Source of the DNA: Candidatus Deferrimicrobiaceae bacterium
Lineage (GTDB): Bacteria; Desulfobacterota; Deferrimicrobia; Deferrimicrobiales; Deferrimicrobiaceae
Assembly: GCA_963792415.1 (NCBI GenBank)
Contig: CAWBVY010000008.1
Coordinates: forward strand, 1 to 64,000
DNA: 64,000 nucleotides
Reading direction: 5' to 3'
The translations under genes and the position numbers were made by a program. This document shows positions 1-8,433 of the stretch, piece after piece. Within the stretch, counting starts at the first letter, position 1; each line of letters starts with the position of its first letter. The notes beneath the pieces are model-generated. The model did no database searches. It was not told where the DNA came from and was given only the letters and a program-made list of their open reading frames with translations.

Positions 1-2
1 AA

Positions 3-995
3 CTGCAAAAGCTGGGCGGGCTATACGGCCGCTTCATCAGCATGCATTTCCGTTATACACCGGGCGATGATACCACCGAAGTCAACGGTATCCAGGAGAT
101 GCTGGCCAATGCCGCTGCATTAGGGACACCGGCCATCGCCTCCCATTTCAACAATCCGGGATACAATATGGTGCATGAGCTTATGGTGCGGATGCGGGAA
201 CGGGGCTACAACGTCTGGGGTGAGATCTATCCATATGCTGCAGGTTCCACGGCTTTGAATGCCGTGTTTCTCGAACCTGAAGTCTGGGTAAAGGCCCTGG
301 GCAACAAATACGAAGACACGGTTCAGGATGTCGCGACCGGTGAATTCTATACCCAGAAATCCCGTGAGGAGATGCTCAAAAAAGAACCCACGCGTCTCGT
401 GATTGTCTACAAAAGCCCCGAATCGGCGATTGTTGACTGGATCAAAATGCCCGGCGTTGCCATTGGCAGTGACGGCATGCCCATGATCCCCGACGACAAC
501 CTGACCTGGGACACGCCCAATGAAGATCTGCCCAACACCCATCCGCGGACTTCCGGTGCTTTTGCCACAGTGCTTCGCGTTGCCAGGGAAAACAATATTC
601 CGCTGATGCAGGCCGTATCCATGACCAGTTACAATTATGCCAAGCCTCTGGGCGATATGGGCTTAAAAGCCATGCAGGTACGCGGCCGCATGCAGGAAGG
701 CATGGTCGCCGACATCACCATATTCGATCCTGAAACGGTAAGGGACAATTCGACCTACGCCAAAGGGACGCTTCCGTCCACAGGAATTAAGCATGTGATT
801 GTTAACGGGACAATTGTCATGAAAGACCAGAAGCCCCTGAAAGGGGTGAATCCCGGACAGCCGATCCGTTTCGAGCCGGTCAAGAGCCGCTTCGAGCCGC
901 TAACCATCAAGGACTGGACGTCGAAATATTATGCCTCCCCTATCGATTTTGGCGGCGGAGTGCCCGGTTCACAGCCTGACTTGCATATGCATTAA
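3..995 (+). CDS. Amidohydrolase, D-aminoacylase/N-acyl-D-amino-acid deacylase family (5' part outside window)
   Basis: Frame is open from the window edge. Motifs YPYAAGST, IGSDG, HPRTSGAF and RGRMQEGMVADITIFDP...GIKHVIVNG are typical of D-aminoacylases. Confidence 0.85.
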   Translation: MQKLGGLYGRFISMHFRYTPGDDTTEVNGIQEMLANAAALGTPAIASHFNNPGYNMVHELMVRMRERGYNVWGEIYPYAAGSTALNAVFLEPEVWVKALGNKYEDTVQDVATGEFYTQKSREEMLKKEPTRLVIVYKSPESAIVDWIKMPGVAIGSDGMPMIPDDNLTWDTPNEDLPNTHPRTSGAFATVLRVARENNIPLMQAVSMTSYNYAKPLGDMGLKAMQVRGRMQEGMVADITIFDPETVRDNSTYAKGTLPSTGIKHVIVNGTIVMKDQKPLKGVNPGQPIRFEPVKSRFEPLTIKDWTSKYYASPIDFGGGVPGSQPDLHMH

Positions 996-1154
996 CGTCG
1001 GACTTTGAATACTTGGAGCACACGATACTGTCGTTCGCCGGCCTTTGCCGGTGAAATAGTCAAACGCACTGCCCGGCTCGACGTTGTCGTTGAGCCGGGC
1101 AGCTCCTTATGGGGTCGTCGCAAACCATGGATACCGAGCGGAAGGGAGGTTTTC

Positions 1155-1907
1155 ATGAAACCGGTTCGCTCTCTTGCGCCACATCCGGGTCGAGTCGGAC
1201 TTACCCTTTTCCTCTTTCTGTTGCTGGTTCCGGGTGCCACGGTGGCTCAGGACGATATTCCGGTGTCGCGGCAACAGGTGGGGGAGAAGCGCGCGGCAAC
1301 CGGCGGTAAACCCGTCTCCACCGATCGCGCGGAGGATCCGCATCTCGTTCTCAACCGGACCTGGCACTGGATGGGGACGACTACTCCGGTCGAAAAGATC
1401 ACGGTTCCGGACTCCGGGCGGTACACGATTCGGTTGACCGACGACGGCAAGGTCGAGGCCCGGTTCGACTGCAACCGCGGGGGAGGGGCCTATGACATCT
1501 CCGAAGGGAAACTCTCCTTTGGCCCGCTGCTCTCCACGCGAATGGCCTGTCCGGCGGATTCCCTGGACAGCCGGTTCATGCGGGACCTTCAACGGGTCAG
1601 TTCGTTCTTCGTCCAGGATGGGGAACTCTATCTCGAGTTGCCGTTCGACAGCGGCACCATGCGCTTCCGGTCGCAGCCGCAGAGGCGGGTCATCCAGGGA
1701 GAGTTCGTGGTTCGTTTCGATCCGATTGAAGGCGGATGCTGGAACCTGGTCGCAATCGACAATGTTGTATACCTTCCCGTCAACCTCGACGCCCGTCTTC
1801 GGGTCAACGGCCTTCGAGTCACGGGATCGATCAGGCCATTGACGGATATCGCGGGTTTCTGCCCTGGAGCACCGGCGGAGATCGTCGAGATCGTGCCATT
1901 GCCATGA
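1155..1907 (+). CDS. Exported META (HslJ-like) domain protein with an extra C-terminal domain
   Basis: SD GGAGG precedes ATG 1155. Signal peptide, then META motifs DCNRGGGAY and FGPLLSTRMAC. The C-terminus has an EGGCW..YLPVNL..GLRV module. Confidence 0.8.
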   Translation: MKPVRSLAPHPGRVGLTLFLFLLLVPGATVAQDDIPVSRQQVGEKRAATGGKPVSTDRAEDPHLVLNRTWHWMGTTTPVEKITVPDSGRYTIRLTDDGKVEARFDCNRGGGAYDISEGKLSFGPLLSTRMACPADSLDSRFMRDLQRVSSFFVQDGELYLELPFDSGTMRFRSQPQRRVIQGEFVVRFDPIEGGCWNLVAIDNVVYLPVNLDARLRVNGLRVTGSIRPLTDIAGFCPGAPAEIVEIVPLP

Positions 1908-2093
1908 GGGCGATGGAAATCCGAACAGCCACAGGGGACTTGTCCCGTTGACTCTGACCTGCCCCCTGGTGTTTCCCGTCTTCGTCTGTAAGGGCGCCGG
2001 CGGCGCGTTTTGCGGCCCAGTTTGACCCGCTTTGATCCTGTTTGGCCCCTTGAAGTTGCCGAAATCATTGAAATTGCTGGCCCTCCCGGGGAT

Positions 2094-2138
2094 CTCTTAA
2101 TCAGGAGGTTGTAGGTTCGAATCCTGCATGGCCCACCA
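2094..2138 (+). pseudogene. tRNA-Lys(CTT) 3' half (anticodon loop to CCA), not a full tRNA
   Basis: Anticodon loop CTCTTAA, T-arm GTAGG/TTCGAAT/CCTGC, acceptor 3' strand and ACCA are present. No D-arm or 5' acceptor strand lies upstream. Confidence 0.85.
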
Positions 2139-2146
2139 GAATAACC

Positions 2147-2180
2147 AAGGGGTTACGGCGAGAGCCGTAGCCCCTTTTTC
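2147..2180 (+). terminator. Intrinsic terminator following the tRNA half
   Basis: AAGGGGTTACGGC-gaga-GCCGTAGCCCCTT followed by TTT. Confidence 0.85.
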
Positions 2181-2359
2181 GTTCGACTGCGAGGCAATCG
2201 TGAAGTTCACGCGCGGGATGAGAGAAGAGTTTTCCGCAATCGCTATATCGCGGCCGATACGAAGAAGGACCTTCCCCCCGTTGGTTTCCTTTCGTGTCTG
2301 GTAGACAAGGTTTGGTGACACATTTTATTGGCACGGTATGGAGTGACGGGCCGATCCCG

Positions 2360-2980
2360 TTACATGAACTTGTAGAAGCGGCGTGGAACGTACTTGTCAT
2401 CCAAATCCACGGATCGGAACACAACTCCTGCAGGTGGCGCACCCTTCTGCCGCACCCAGGAGGAAGATTCATAAGCCCACATCTGTCCTTCGCTGTCGTG
2501 ACTGTGAAAGAGCACCACATGTTTGTTTCTTGAATTGAGAATGTCTCCCGGTTTTAACAACTTCCGCGGAATTTTTATGGCGATTACCGGAAGCTCCAAC
2601 GTCGAGTAGCGTCTTACCTGCCAACAGCGCGAGACGAGACCGGAGCAGTCCAGTCCGGCAAAATCGAAACGGACGCAGAGTCGTTCCCCGCAACGTTTTT
2701 TGTAGTTTCCCGCCACCTTGCCGGATCGGACCTTCTCCGAAAACTCCGACGGCAGGTCAAATCCTCCATAATTGTAGGAAACGCCGAGATACGATTTGCC
2801 CGGTACCAGGAGATTGTATTCCCTGCTTGCGTTTTGTCCGCTCGCATTCCCAGTCGACCTCGGCGAAGCGTTTTTGCCCGCTCCATGATTTCGTCACGGG
2901 TGATGGGCCAGGCGTTCATTGGGGAAAGACCCGCGAAAAGCAGTACCGTGAACATCAGGAACTTCAGGGCTCTCTGTCAT
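2360..2980 (-). CDS. NlpC/P60-like (C40) secreted peptidoglycan hydrolase, frameshifted
   Basis: ORFs 2614-2955 and 2360-2716 join into one protein: signal peptide, ITRDEIMERA, YNYGG, GLDCSGLVSRCW (catalytic Cys) and LKPGDILN..HVVLF (His). Confidence 0.7.
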
Positions 2981-3948
2981 GAGGAACGCTTTCGAATCCA
3001 TCGATCGACATAGACCCCGTCTGGTTCCGTGCGCATCTGGTATATCGTGCCCTGTTCGTCCACAACCACTTTCTTGTAGACACTTGTGTGGTATCGATTT
3101 GGCAGCATGAGTTCTGCTATCCGTTTCCCCCGCTTGTTGAACACCCAAACGCCCAGTTGAATCCGGTCGTCATCGTCAATCCGCTGGGTTTCGATGTAAA
3201 TATTGCTTTTTTTGTCTTCCTCCAGGAAATAATTGTTGCCGAAATGATCGGACGTTTCGAGCAGGATCTCCTGAAGTACTTTTCCCTTGGCGTCCTCGAT
3301 CACCAGAAGACGTCTGCTGTCGGATTGTCGGATCAGACGGTACCAGCGATTCCCTCGACGATTGGGGGTTCCTGTGCGTTCGGTGGCAACCTGGCGATCC
3401 TCCGGAAATGCAACCTCGTCCACTTCGAAAAATATACGGTAAGACTTTCGGCCAGACTTGACGTAAAGGGCGTCGTCATTGGTAACCCGCAGCCACTGAC
3501 CGTACCCTTCGTGCAACTTGATGACCGGCGAGATCGGATAGACGCCGACTTCCAACCCGTTCTCGTCGTACTTGTGCAAAGCGTCTCCGTCCAGCAGGAA
3601 GAGGAAGCCGTCGTGCCAGGCAAGAGCGTAGCCGGACAGATTCTTGCCGATGCTTCGAATGAATCGCCCGTCGGAGCCGAATCGTTTGATGTTGTGTTTG
3701 ACGGTGTCAAAGATGTAGACGGTGCCGTTATCGGCCACCGCGAAGGTTCGCGGCCCGATAATTTCTCCGTCAGGAGGATAGAACAACCCGAACGTCCCCG
3801 GTTGCGGCCCCCAAACGGTAGCGATCAAAGTGGTCTTTTGATATTGGTACGTGGAGGTTCCGAACTCGTGTAGGAGCAGAAACACAAAGGCGATGAGGCC
3901 AACGACAACGATAAGGCCGACGAGGTAAACCCTGTTCCGCAAACCCAT
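2977..3948 (-). CDS. Membrane-anchored beta-propeller (NHL/6-bladed-like) protein
   Basis: N-terminal TM helix, then GPRTFAVADNGTVYIFDT..IKRFGSDGRF NHL-like repeats. The stop codon overlaps the probable start of the NlpC gene. Confidence 0.7.
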   Translation of the reverse strand: MGLRNRVYLVGLIVVVGLIAFVFLLLHEFGTSTYQYQKTTLIATVWGPQPGTFGLFYPPDGEIIGPRTFAVADNGTVYIFDTVKHNIKRFGSDGRFIRSIGKNLSGYALAWHDGFLFLLDGDALHKYDENGLEVGVYPISPVIKLHEGYGQWLRVTNDDALYVKSGRKSYRIFFEVDEVAFPEDRQVATERTGTPNRRGNRWYRLIRQSDSRRLLVIEDAKGKVLQEILLETSDHFGNNYFLEEDKKSNIYIETQRIDDDDRIQLGVWVFNKRGKRIAELMLPNRYHTSVYKKVVVDEQGTIYQMRTEPDGVYVDRWIRKRSS

Positions 3949-4025
3949 GGAAACAACCTTCAATGGTGCCCCATTCCACCGGTCAGATGAATTCGTTCTA
4001 TGTCGATAAGGGTACGGGAAAAAGA

Positions 4026-4054
4026 TTGACATCCGTGCACGGAACCAGCATACT
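4026..4054 (+). promoter_or_regulatory. Sigma70-type promoter for the riboswitch-terC transcript
   Basis: TTGACA (4026-4031), 17 bp spacer, CATACT (4049-4054), about 10 bp before the aptamer. Confidence 0.7.
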
Positions 4055-4061
4055 TTTCTTT

Positions 4062-4168
4062 GCGTAAAGGGGAGTAGTCATCGGCCACAGAAAAGGCCGA
4101 CCCGGTTCCCGTCAATACGGCCGAAAGGCCCGGGGCCGGGGCAAATTTCCGCCGACAAGACCTTTACC
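4062..4168 (+). ncRNA. yybP-ykoY (Mn2+) riboswitch
   Basis: P1 GTAAAGG...CCTTTAC, conserved AAAGGGGAGTAG, CGTCAATAC loop and ACAAGACC motifs, located upstream of a TerC gene. Confidence 0.92.
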
Positions 4169-4203
4169 CAGGCGAACATGCCGCGGGTAAAGGTCTTTTT
4201 TTT
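4157..4203 (+). terminator. Riboswitch expression-platform terminator
   Basis: AAGACCTTTACCC...GGGTAAAGGTCTT plus a T-run. It overlaps the 3' strand of P1, so it is mutually exclusive with the aptamer (ON switch). Confidence 0.85.
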
Positions 4204-4306
4204 ACTTCCGGCGATCGTCATCCCGTTGGAGGTGACAGCATGAATCGGATCCATTGAAACGATAGAATTCCGTCCCCCCGCATCCATATAAAAACAAAGG
4301 AGGCAT

Positions 4307-5125
4307 GTGATGTTTGATTTGAGCTGGCTCGGATCGATTTCCTTCGATGGGTTTTTGCCTGCGCTGCTCGGCACCACCCGGTACGACTTCGGGTGGCTGG
4401 GGTGGATCTCCTTCGACTACACGTTTCTTTCCGCGTTGTTGAGCGTCATCCTGGTAGATCTGGTCCTGGCGGGCGACAACGCCGTCGTCATCGCCCTGGC
4501 CGTCCGGAACCTCCCGCCAAACCAGAAGAGGTGGGGCATCATCCTGGGGGCGGGCGCCGCGGTAGGGCTGCGGGTCGTCTGCACCTTTTTCGCCGCGCAG
4601 ATGCTGCGGATCATGTTCCTGAAATTCATCGGCGGGGCGTTGATCCTCTGGATCGCGGTGAAGCTGCTGACGCAGGACCACGCGGACGAAAACGTCAGCG
4701 CGGCGTCGAACCTCTTCCAGGCGGTCAAGCTGATCGTCATCGCGGATATCGTCATGAGCCTCGACAACATGCTGGCGGTCGCCGGGGCGTCCAAGGGGAA
4801 CGCGTTCCTGCTGCTGTTCGGGCTGGGCTTGAGCATCCCGCTGGTCGTGGCGGGCAGCTCCATCCTTTCCACGCTGATGTCCAGGTACCCGGTCATCGTC
4901 GTCATCGGCGCCGCCGTTCTGGGGAAGGTCGGGGGCGAGATGATGATCACGGATCCGTGGATCCAGAAAACGTTCGCGATCCCGCACTGGTTCGTCTACG
5001 TCATCGAGGCTACGTTCGCCATCGGGGTCGTCGTGGTAGGGAAACTGATCATGAAGCGGAGGAAGGAGCAGGAGGAACTGGTTGGGGAGGCGAACTTGCA
5101 GGTACAGGAGAGCGAAACGGAATAA
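4307..5125 (+). CDS. TerC family (YjbE/Alx-like) Mn-related membrane protein
   Basis: Motifs DLVLAGDNAVVIALA and IADIVMSLDNMLAVAGA, multiple TM helices, SD AGGAGG. Confidence 0.93.
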   Translation: MMFDLSWLGSISFDGFLPALLGTTRYDFGWLGWISFDYTFLSALLSVILVDLVLAGDNAVVIALAVRNLPPNQKRWGIILGAGAAVGLRVVCTFFAAQMLRIMFLKFIGGALILWIAVKLLTQDHADENVSAASNLFQAVKLIVIADIVMSLDNMLAVAGASKGNAFLLLFGLGLSIPLVVAGSSILSTLMSRYPVIVVIGAAVLGKVGGEMMITDPWIQKTFAIPHWFVYVIEATFAIGVVVVGKLIMKRRKEQEELVGEANLQVQESETE

Positions 5126-5260
5126 TAAATCAGGAGGTTGCAGGTTCGATCCTGCATGGCCCACCAGAATCACGTTTGGCCCACCAGAATCACAAGGGGT
5201 TACGGCACACGCCGTAACCCCTTATTTATGAAAACGGACCGGGTGGCCAATTTGTGGCTC
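5126..5260 (+). mobile_element. att-like junction copy 2: tRNA-Lys 3' half + 17-bp duplication + terminator
   Basis: AATCAGGAGGTTGCAGGTTCGATCCTGCATGGCCCACCA ends at 5166. TGGCCCACCAGAATCAC is repeated at 5157 and 5177. Hairpin AAGGGGTTACGGC-acac-GCCGTAACCCCTT at 5194-5223. Confidence 0.85.
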
Positions 5261-5298
5261 GCGGGATTGTTCCGTTGGGGAGCCGTACGGTGAGTTTC

Positions 5299-6309
5299 CT
5301 ATCCCTTCCCCCCCTTCCAACGCCGCAGGCGGGCGGCCTCATCGTAGAGCTGACCCCATACCCGTTCGGATTGTCGACGCAGTCTCTCGTCGTGACGCCG
5401 CTCGTAGGCCTGAGCCTCCCGTTCGAGTTTCCGGTAGTGCTCCAGACGATCAGCGGAGAGGTCTCCCGACTTTACCGCCTCCACCACCGCGCAACCCGGC
5501 TCGGCGTTGTGGCGGCAGTCCCGGAAACGGCATCGCGTGGAGAGTTCGGCGATGTCCTCGAAGACCGAGTCGAGGCCATCTTCATCGACAAGCTGCAGCT
5601 CCCGCATGCCCGGTGTGTCGAGCAGCAGGCCGCCTCCGGGCAGCATGACGAGTTGGCGGTGGGTCGTGACGTGACAGCCGCGGCCATCGCGCGCTCGAAC
5701 CTCGCCGGTAGGCATCCGCTCTTCGCCGAGGAGTGCGTTGATCAAGGTCGATTTGCCTGCCCCGGATGAGCCGACGAAGGCCGCTGTCGATCCGTCCGGG
5801 ATGCTTGCCCGAATCATTGAGAGGCCCTCCGACCGGAGAGCGCTGGTCAAGTAGACCGGCACCAAGGGACAGTGACTCTCGACCTCGGCCGTGCGTGCGA
5901 CGGCGTTCTCGCAGAGGTCAGTCTTGTTGAGGATTACCGCGGGCTGTGCCCCGCTCGCCCAGATTCGGGCGAGGTAACGTTCGATCCTGCGAACGTTGTA
6001 GTCCGCGTCCAGACCGCAGACGGCGAACACCAGGTCGACATTGGCGGCGACAATTTGAACGCGTCCCTGGCGTCCGGCGGCTCCGCGGGTGAATACCGTG
6101 CGCCTTGCAAGCACGCGGTCGATGATGGTGGTGCGATCAGGGCCGGGTGCGTCCTTGAGGACGACCCAATCGCCGACAGAAGGGAGTTCTTTCTCCTCAA
6201 GCTGTGTGCGAAGCTTCCCGGAAAGCCGGGCACGGCCGGCGCCTGATGCGGACCAGACCTCATACCCGCCGCGGTGCTCGGCGGCAATCCTGGCGGGGAG
6301 AGCCCGCAC
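5299..6309 (-). CDS. rsgA: Ribosome small subunit-dependent GTPase A paralog (probably N-terminally truncated)
   Basis: VGDWV, AANVD, LNKTD, GSSGAGKST, TTHRQL, DTPGMRE and CRFRDCRH..EPGC zinc finger. No clear start codon or SD. Confidence 0.88.
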   Translation of the reverse strand: MRALPARIAAEHRGGYEVWSASGAGRARLSGKLRTQLEEKELPSVGDWVVLKDAPGPDRTTIIDRVLARRTVFTRGAAGRQGRVQIVAANVDLVFAVCGLDADYNVRRIERYLARIWASGAQPAVILNKTDLCENAVARTAEVESHCPLVPVYLTSALRSEGLSMIRASIPDGSTAAFVGSSGAGKSTLINALLGEERMPTGEVRARDGRGCHVTTHRQLVMLPGGGLLLDTPGMRELQLVDEDGLDSVFEDIAELSTRCRFRDCRHNAEPGCAVVEAVKSGDLSADRLEHYRKLEREAQAYERRHDERLRRQSERVWGQLYDEAARLRRWKGGKG

Positions 6310-6409
6310 GGCCCGCCAAGCACAGTAAAAGGACTGTAGTATAAAATAGAGATATTGTCTTGAACACGACAATCGGAAGTGACGATTAATGAAATTGAAA
6401 GGATTCGCC

Positions 6410-7186
6410 ATGCCCAAATTCGCCGCCAACCTGACCATGATGTTCAACGAGGTCGCGTTCCCGCTGCGTTTCGAAGCCGCGGCGAAAGCGGGTTTTACGG
6501 CCGTCGAGTTCCTCTTCCCCTACGACTACGCGCCGGCCGATGTTGCCGGCCGGCTCGCCAGGAACGGACTGAGCAACGTGCTGTTCAACATGCCGCCCGG
6601 CGACTGGGCCGCGGGCGAGCGCGGCATCGCCTCGCTGCCCGGCCGCGAGCGACCGTTCCGCGACGGCGTGGCCCTCGCCCTCCAATACGCGGCGGCGCTC
6701 GGCACACCCTGCATCCACGCCATGGCCGGCCTCCTGCCCGCCGGCGCCGACCGCGCGCGGCATCGCGCAGTGTTCGTCGACAACCTGCGCTTCGCCGCCG
6801 CCGAACTGGAGACGGCCGGGCGCATGCTGCTCATCGAGCCGATCAATACCCGTGACATTCCCGGCTACTTCCTAAACACCCAGGCCGAGGCCCACGCCAT
6901 CCGCGAGGAAGTGGGGGCGCCCAACCTCAAGGTGCAGATGGATTTCTACCACGCGCAGGTCGTCGAAGGCGACATCGCCATGACCTTCCGCAAGTACCGC
7001 GAACACGTCGGCCACATCCAGGTCGCCTCGGTGCCCGAGCGAAACGAACCCGACGACGGCGAGGTCAATTACCGGTACCTGTTCCGCCTGCTCGACGAGC
7101 TCGGCTATGCCGGATGGGTCGGTTGCGAATACCGACCGCGCGGCAACACCGTGGATGGCTTGGGCTGGTTGAAGACGCTGGCCTGA
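6410..7186 (+). CDS. otnI: Hydroxypyruvate isomerase family, 2-oxo-tetronate isomerase-like
   Basis: [62 protein letters not shown]. Confidence 0.85.
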   Translation: MPKFAANLTMMFNEVAFPLRFEAAAKAGFTAVEFLFPYDYAPADVAGRLARNGLSNVLFNMPPGDWAAGERGIASLPGRERPFRDGVALALQYAAALGTPCIHAMAGLLPAGADRARHRAVFVDNLRFAAAELETAGRMLLIEPINTRDIPGYFLNTQAEAHAIREEVGAPNLKVQMDFYHAQVVEGDIAMTFRKYREHVGHIQVASVPERNEPDDGEVNYRYLFRLLDELGYAGWVGCEYRPRGNTVDGLGWLKTLA

Positions 7187-7236
7187 GGGGGACGCCATGA
7201 AGATACTGATGTCCGGTTGCGCCGGCACCTGAAACG

Positions 7237-8394
7237 ATGTCGGGCCCGGGCGCCGCTGCAATCTTCGGTTCCTTCTTGCGCCTCGGCATCACCGCCTTCG
7301 GCGGGCCCGCCATGATTGCGCACATCAAGGAAATGTCGGTAATAAACAAGAAATGGCTGACCGAGGAAACCTTCAAGGATGGTGTCGTGATCTGCCAATC
7401 GGTGCCGGGGGCGACGGCGATGCAGATGGCGGCCTATGTCGGGCTGCGGGCGGGAGGGGTGCGTGGGGCGACCGCGTCGTATGCCGGATTCGGGCTGCCG
7501 GCATTCCTCCTGATGCTGACGCTGGCCGTATTTTATTCCGGTTCCAGGGAGTTGCCCCTGGTGGTTTCCCTGTTCCAGGGCCTTCAGGTGATGGTCGTCG
7601 CCATCGTGGCGAGCGCGACGTTCCACTTCGGGCGGGACATCGGAAAAAAGCCGGTAGACCTGGTGCTGGCCGGTGTCGCCGCCGCACTGTTCTGGTTCGG
7701 TGTGAGCCCGTTCGCGGTCATCGTCGGCGCGGGGATCGCCGGGGCCATGTTGTTCCGGGATGCGCCGCCCCTGACGTCTTCCGGCAGCCGCGAGGGAAAT
7801 GCCGGGAAGGTACCCAGGCCGATCGTCCTCTTCCTGATCCTGGCATGCGCGGGGGTCGCTGGGCTCTACTTCGCGGACAGGAAGCTGTATCAGCTTGCGG
7901 TGATGATGCTCCGGATCGACCTCTTTGCCTTCGGGGGAGGGTTCGCATCCCTGCCGCTCATGTTCCACGAGGTCGTGAATGTGATGGGATGGATGGACGG
8001 GAAGACGTTCATGGACGGAATCGCCCTCGGGCAGGTAACTCCGGGGCCGATCATCATAACCGCCACCTTTGTCGGCTACCTGGTCCGAGGGCTTCCCGGC
8101 GCCTTGGTGGCCACCGCGGCGATCTTCACGCCGTCCTTTGTTGTCCTGGTCACCGTCACGCCATTTTTCGACCGCTTGAAGAACACGAAATCTTTCTCCG
8201 CGACGACCCGGGGGATCCTGGCGTCGTTCGTCGGTCTTCTTTTCTACGTGACGATCCGGTTCGCGGCGGCCGTCCCCTGGGACGTCGTCAAGGTCCTGTT
8301 CGGGATCGCGGTGATCGTCGCGTTGGCCAGGAAAGTGAACATCCTTTATGTCGTACTGATCGGTTCGGTCTTTTCCTTTGTCGTTTTTCGTTGA
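7237..8394 (+). CDS. chrA: Chromate efflux transporter (long-chain CHR)
   Basis: Two CHR halves: LGITAFGGP...QSVPGA and AFGGG...GQVTPGP. Confidence 0.92.
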   Translation: MSGPGAAAIFGSFLRLGITAFGGPAMIAHIKEMSVINKKWLTEETFKDGVVICQSVPGATAMQMAAYVGLRAGGVRGATASYAGFGLPAFLLMLTLAVFYSGSRELPLVVSLFQGLQVMVVAIVASATFHFGRDIGKKPVDLVLAGVAAALFWFGVSPFAVIVGAGIAGAMLFRDAPPLTSSGSREGNAGKVPRPIVLFLILACAGVAGLYFADRKLYQLAVMMLRIDLFAFGGGFASLPLMFHEVVNVMGWMDGKTFMDGIALGQVTPGPIIITATFVGYLVRGLPGALVATAAIFTPSFVVLVTVTPFFDRLKNTKSFSATTRGILASFVGLLFYVTIRFAAAVPWDVVKVLFGIAVIVALARKVNILYVVLIGSVFSFVVFR

Positions 8395-8433
8395 ATTAAG
8401 TGGTCATAGGTCCCAGTTCCCTATGGAGCGTGA

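Larger units (their letters stand above)
2000..2184 (+). mobile_element. att-like junction copy 1: arm repeats + tRNA-Lys(CTT) 3' half + terminator
   Basis: CTCTTAA tcaggaggtt GTAGG TTCGAAT CCTGC atggccc ACCA at 2094-2138, hairpin at 2147-2176 with a T-tract, and 10-bp-phased TTTGRYCC repeats at 2021-2048. Aligns without gaps to 8434-8613. Confidence 0.85.

Noticed and set aside
2060-2138. Intact tRNA-Lys gene (also considered at 5126 and 8528)
   Set aside because: No 5' acceptor strand, D-arm or 5' anticodon stem is present. Only 3' halves exist.
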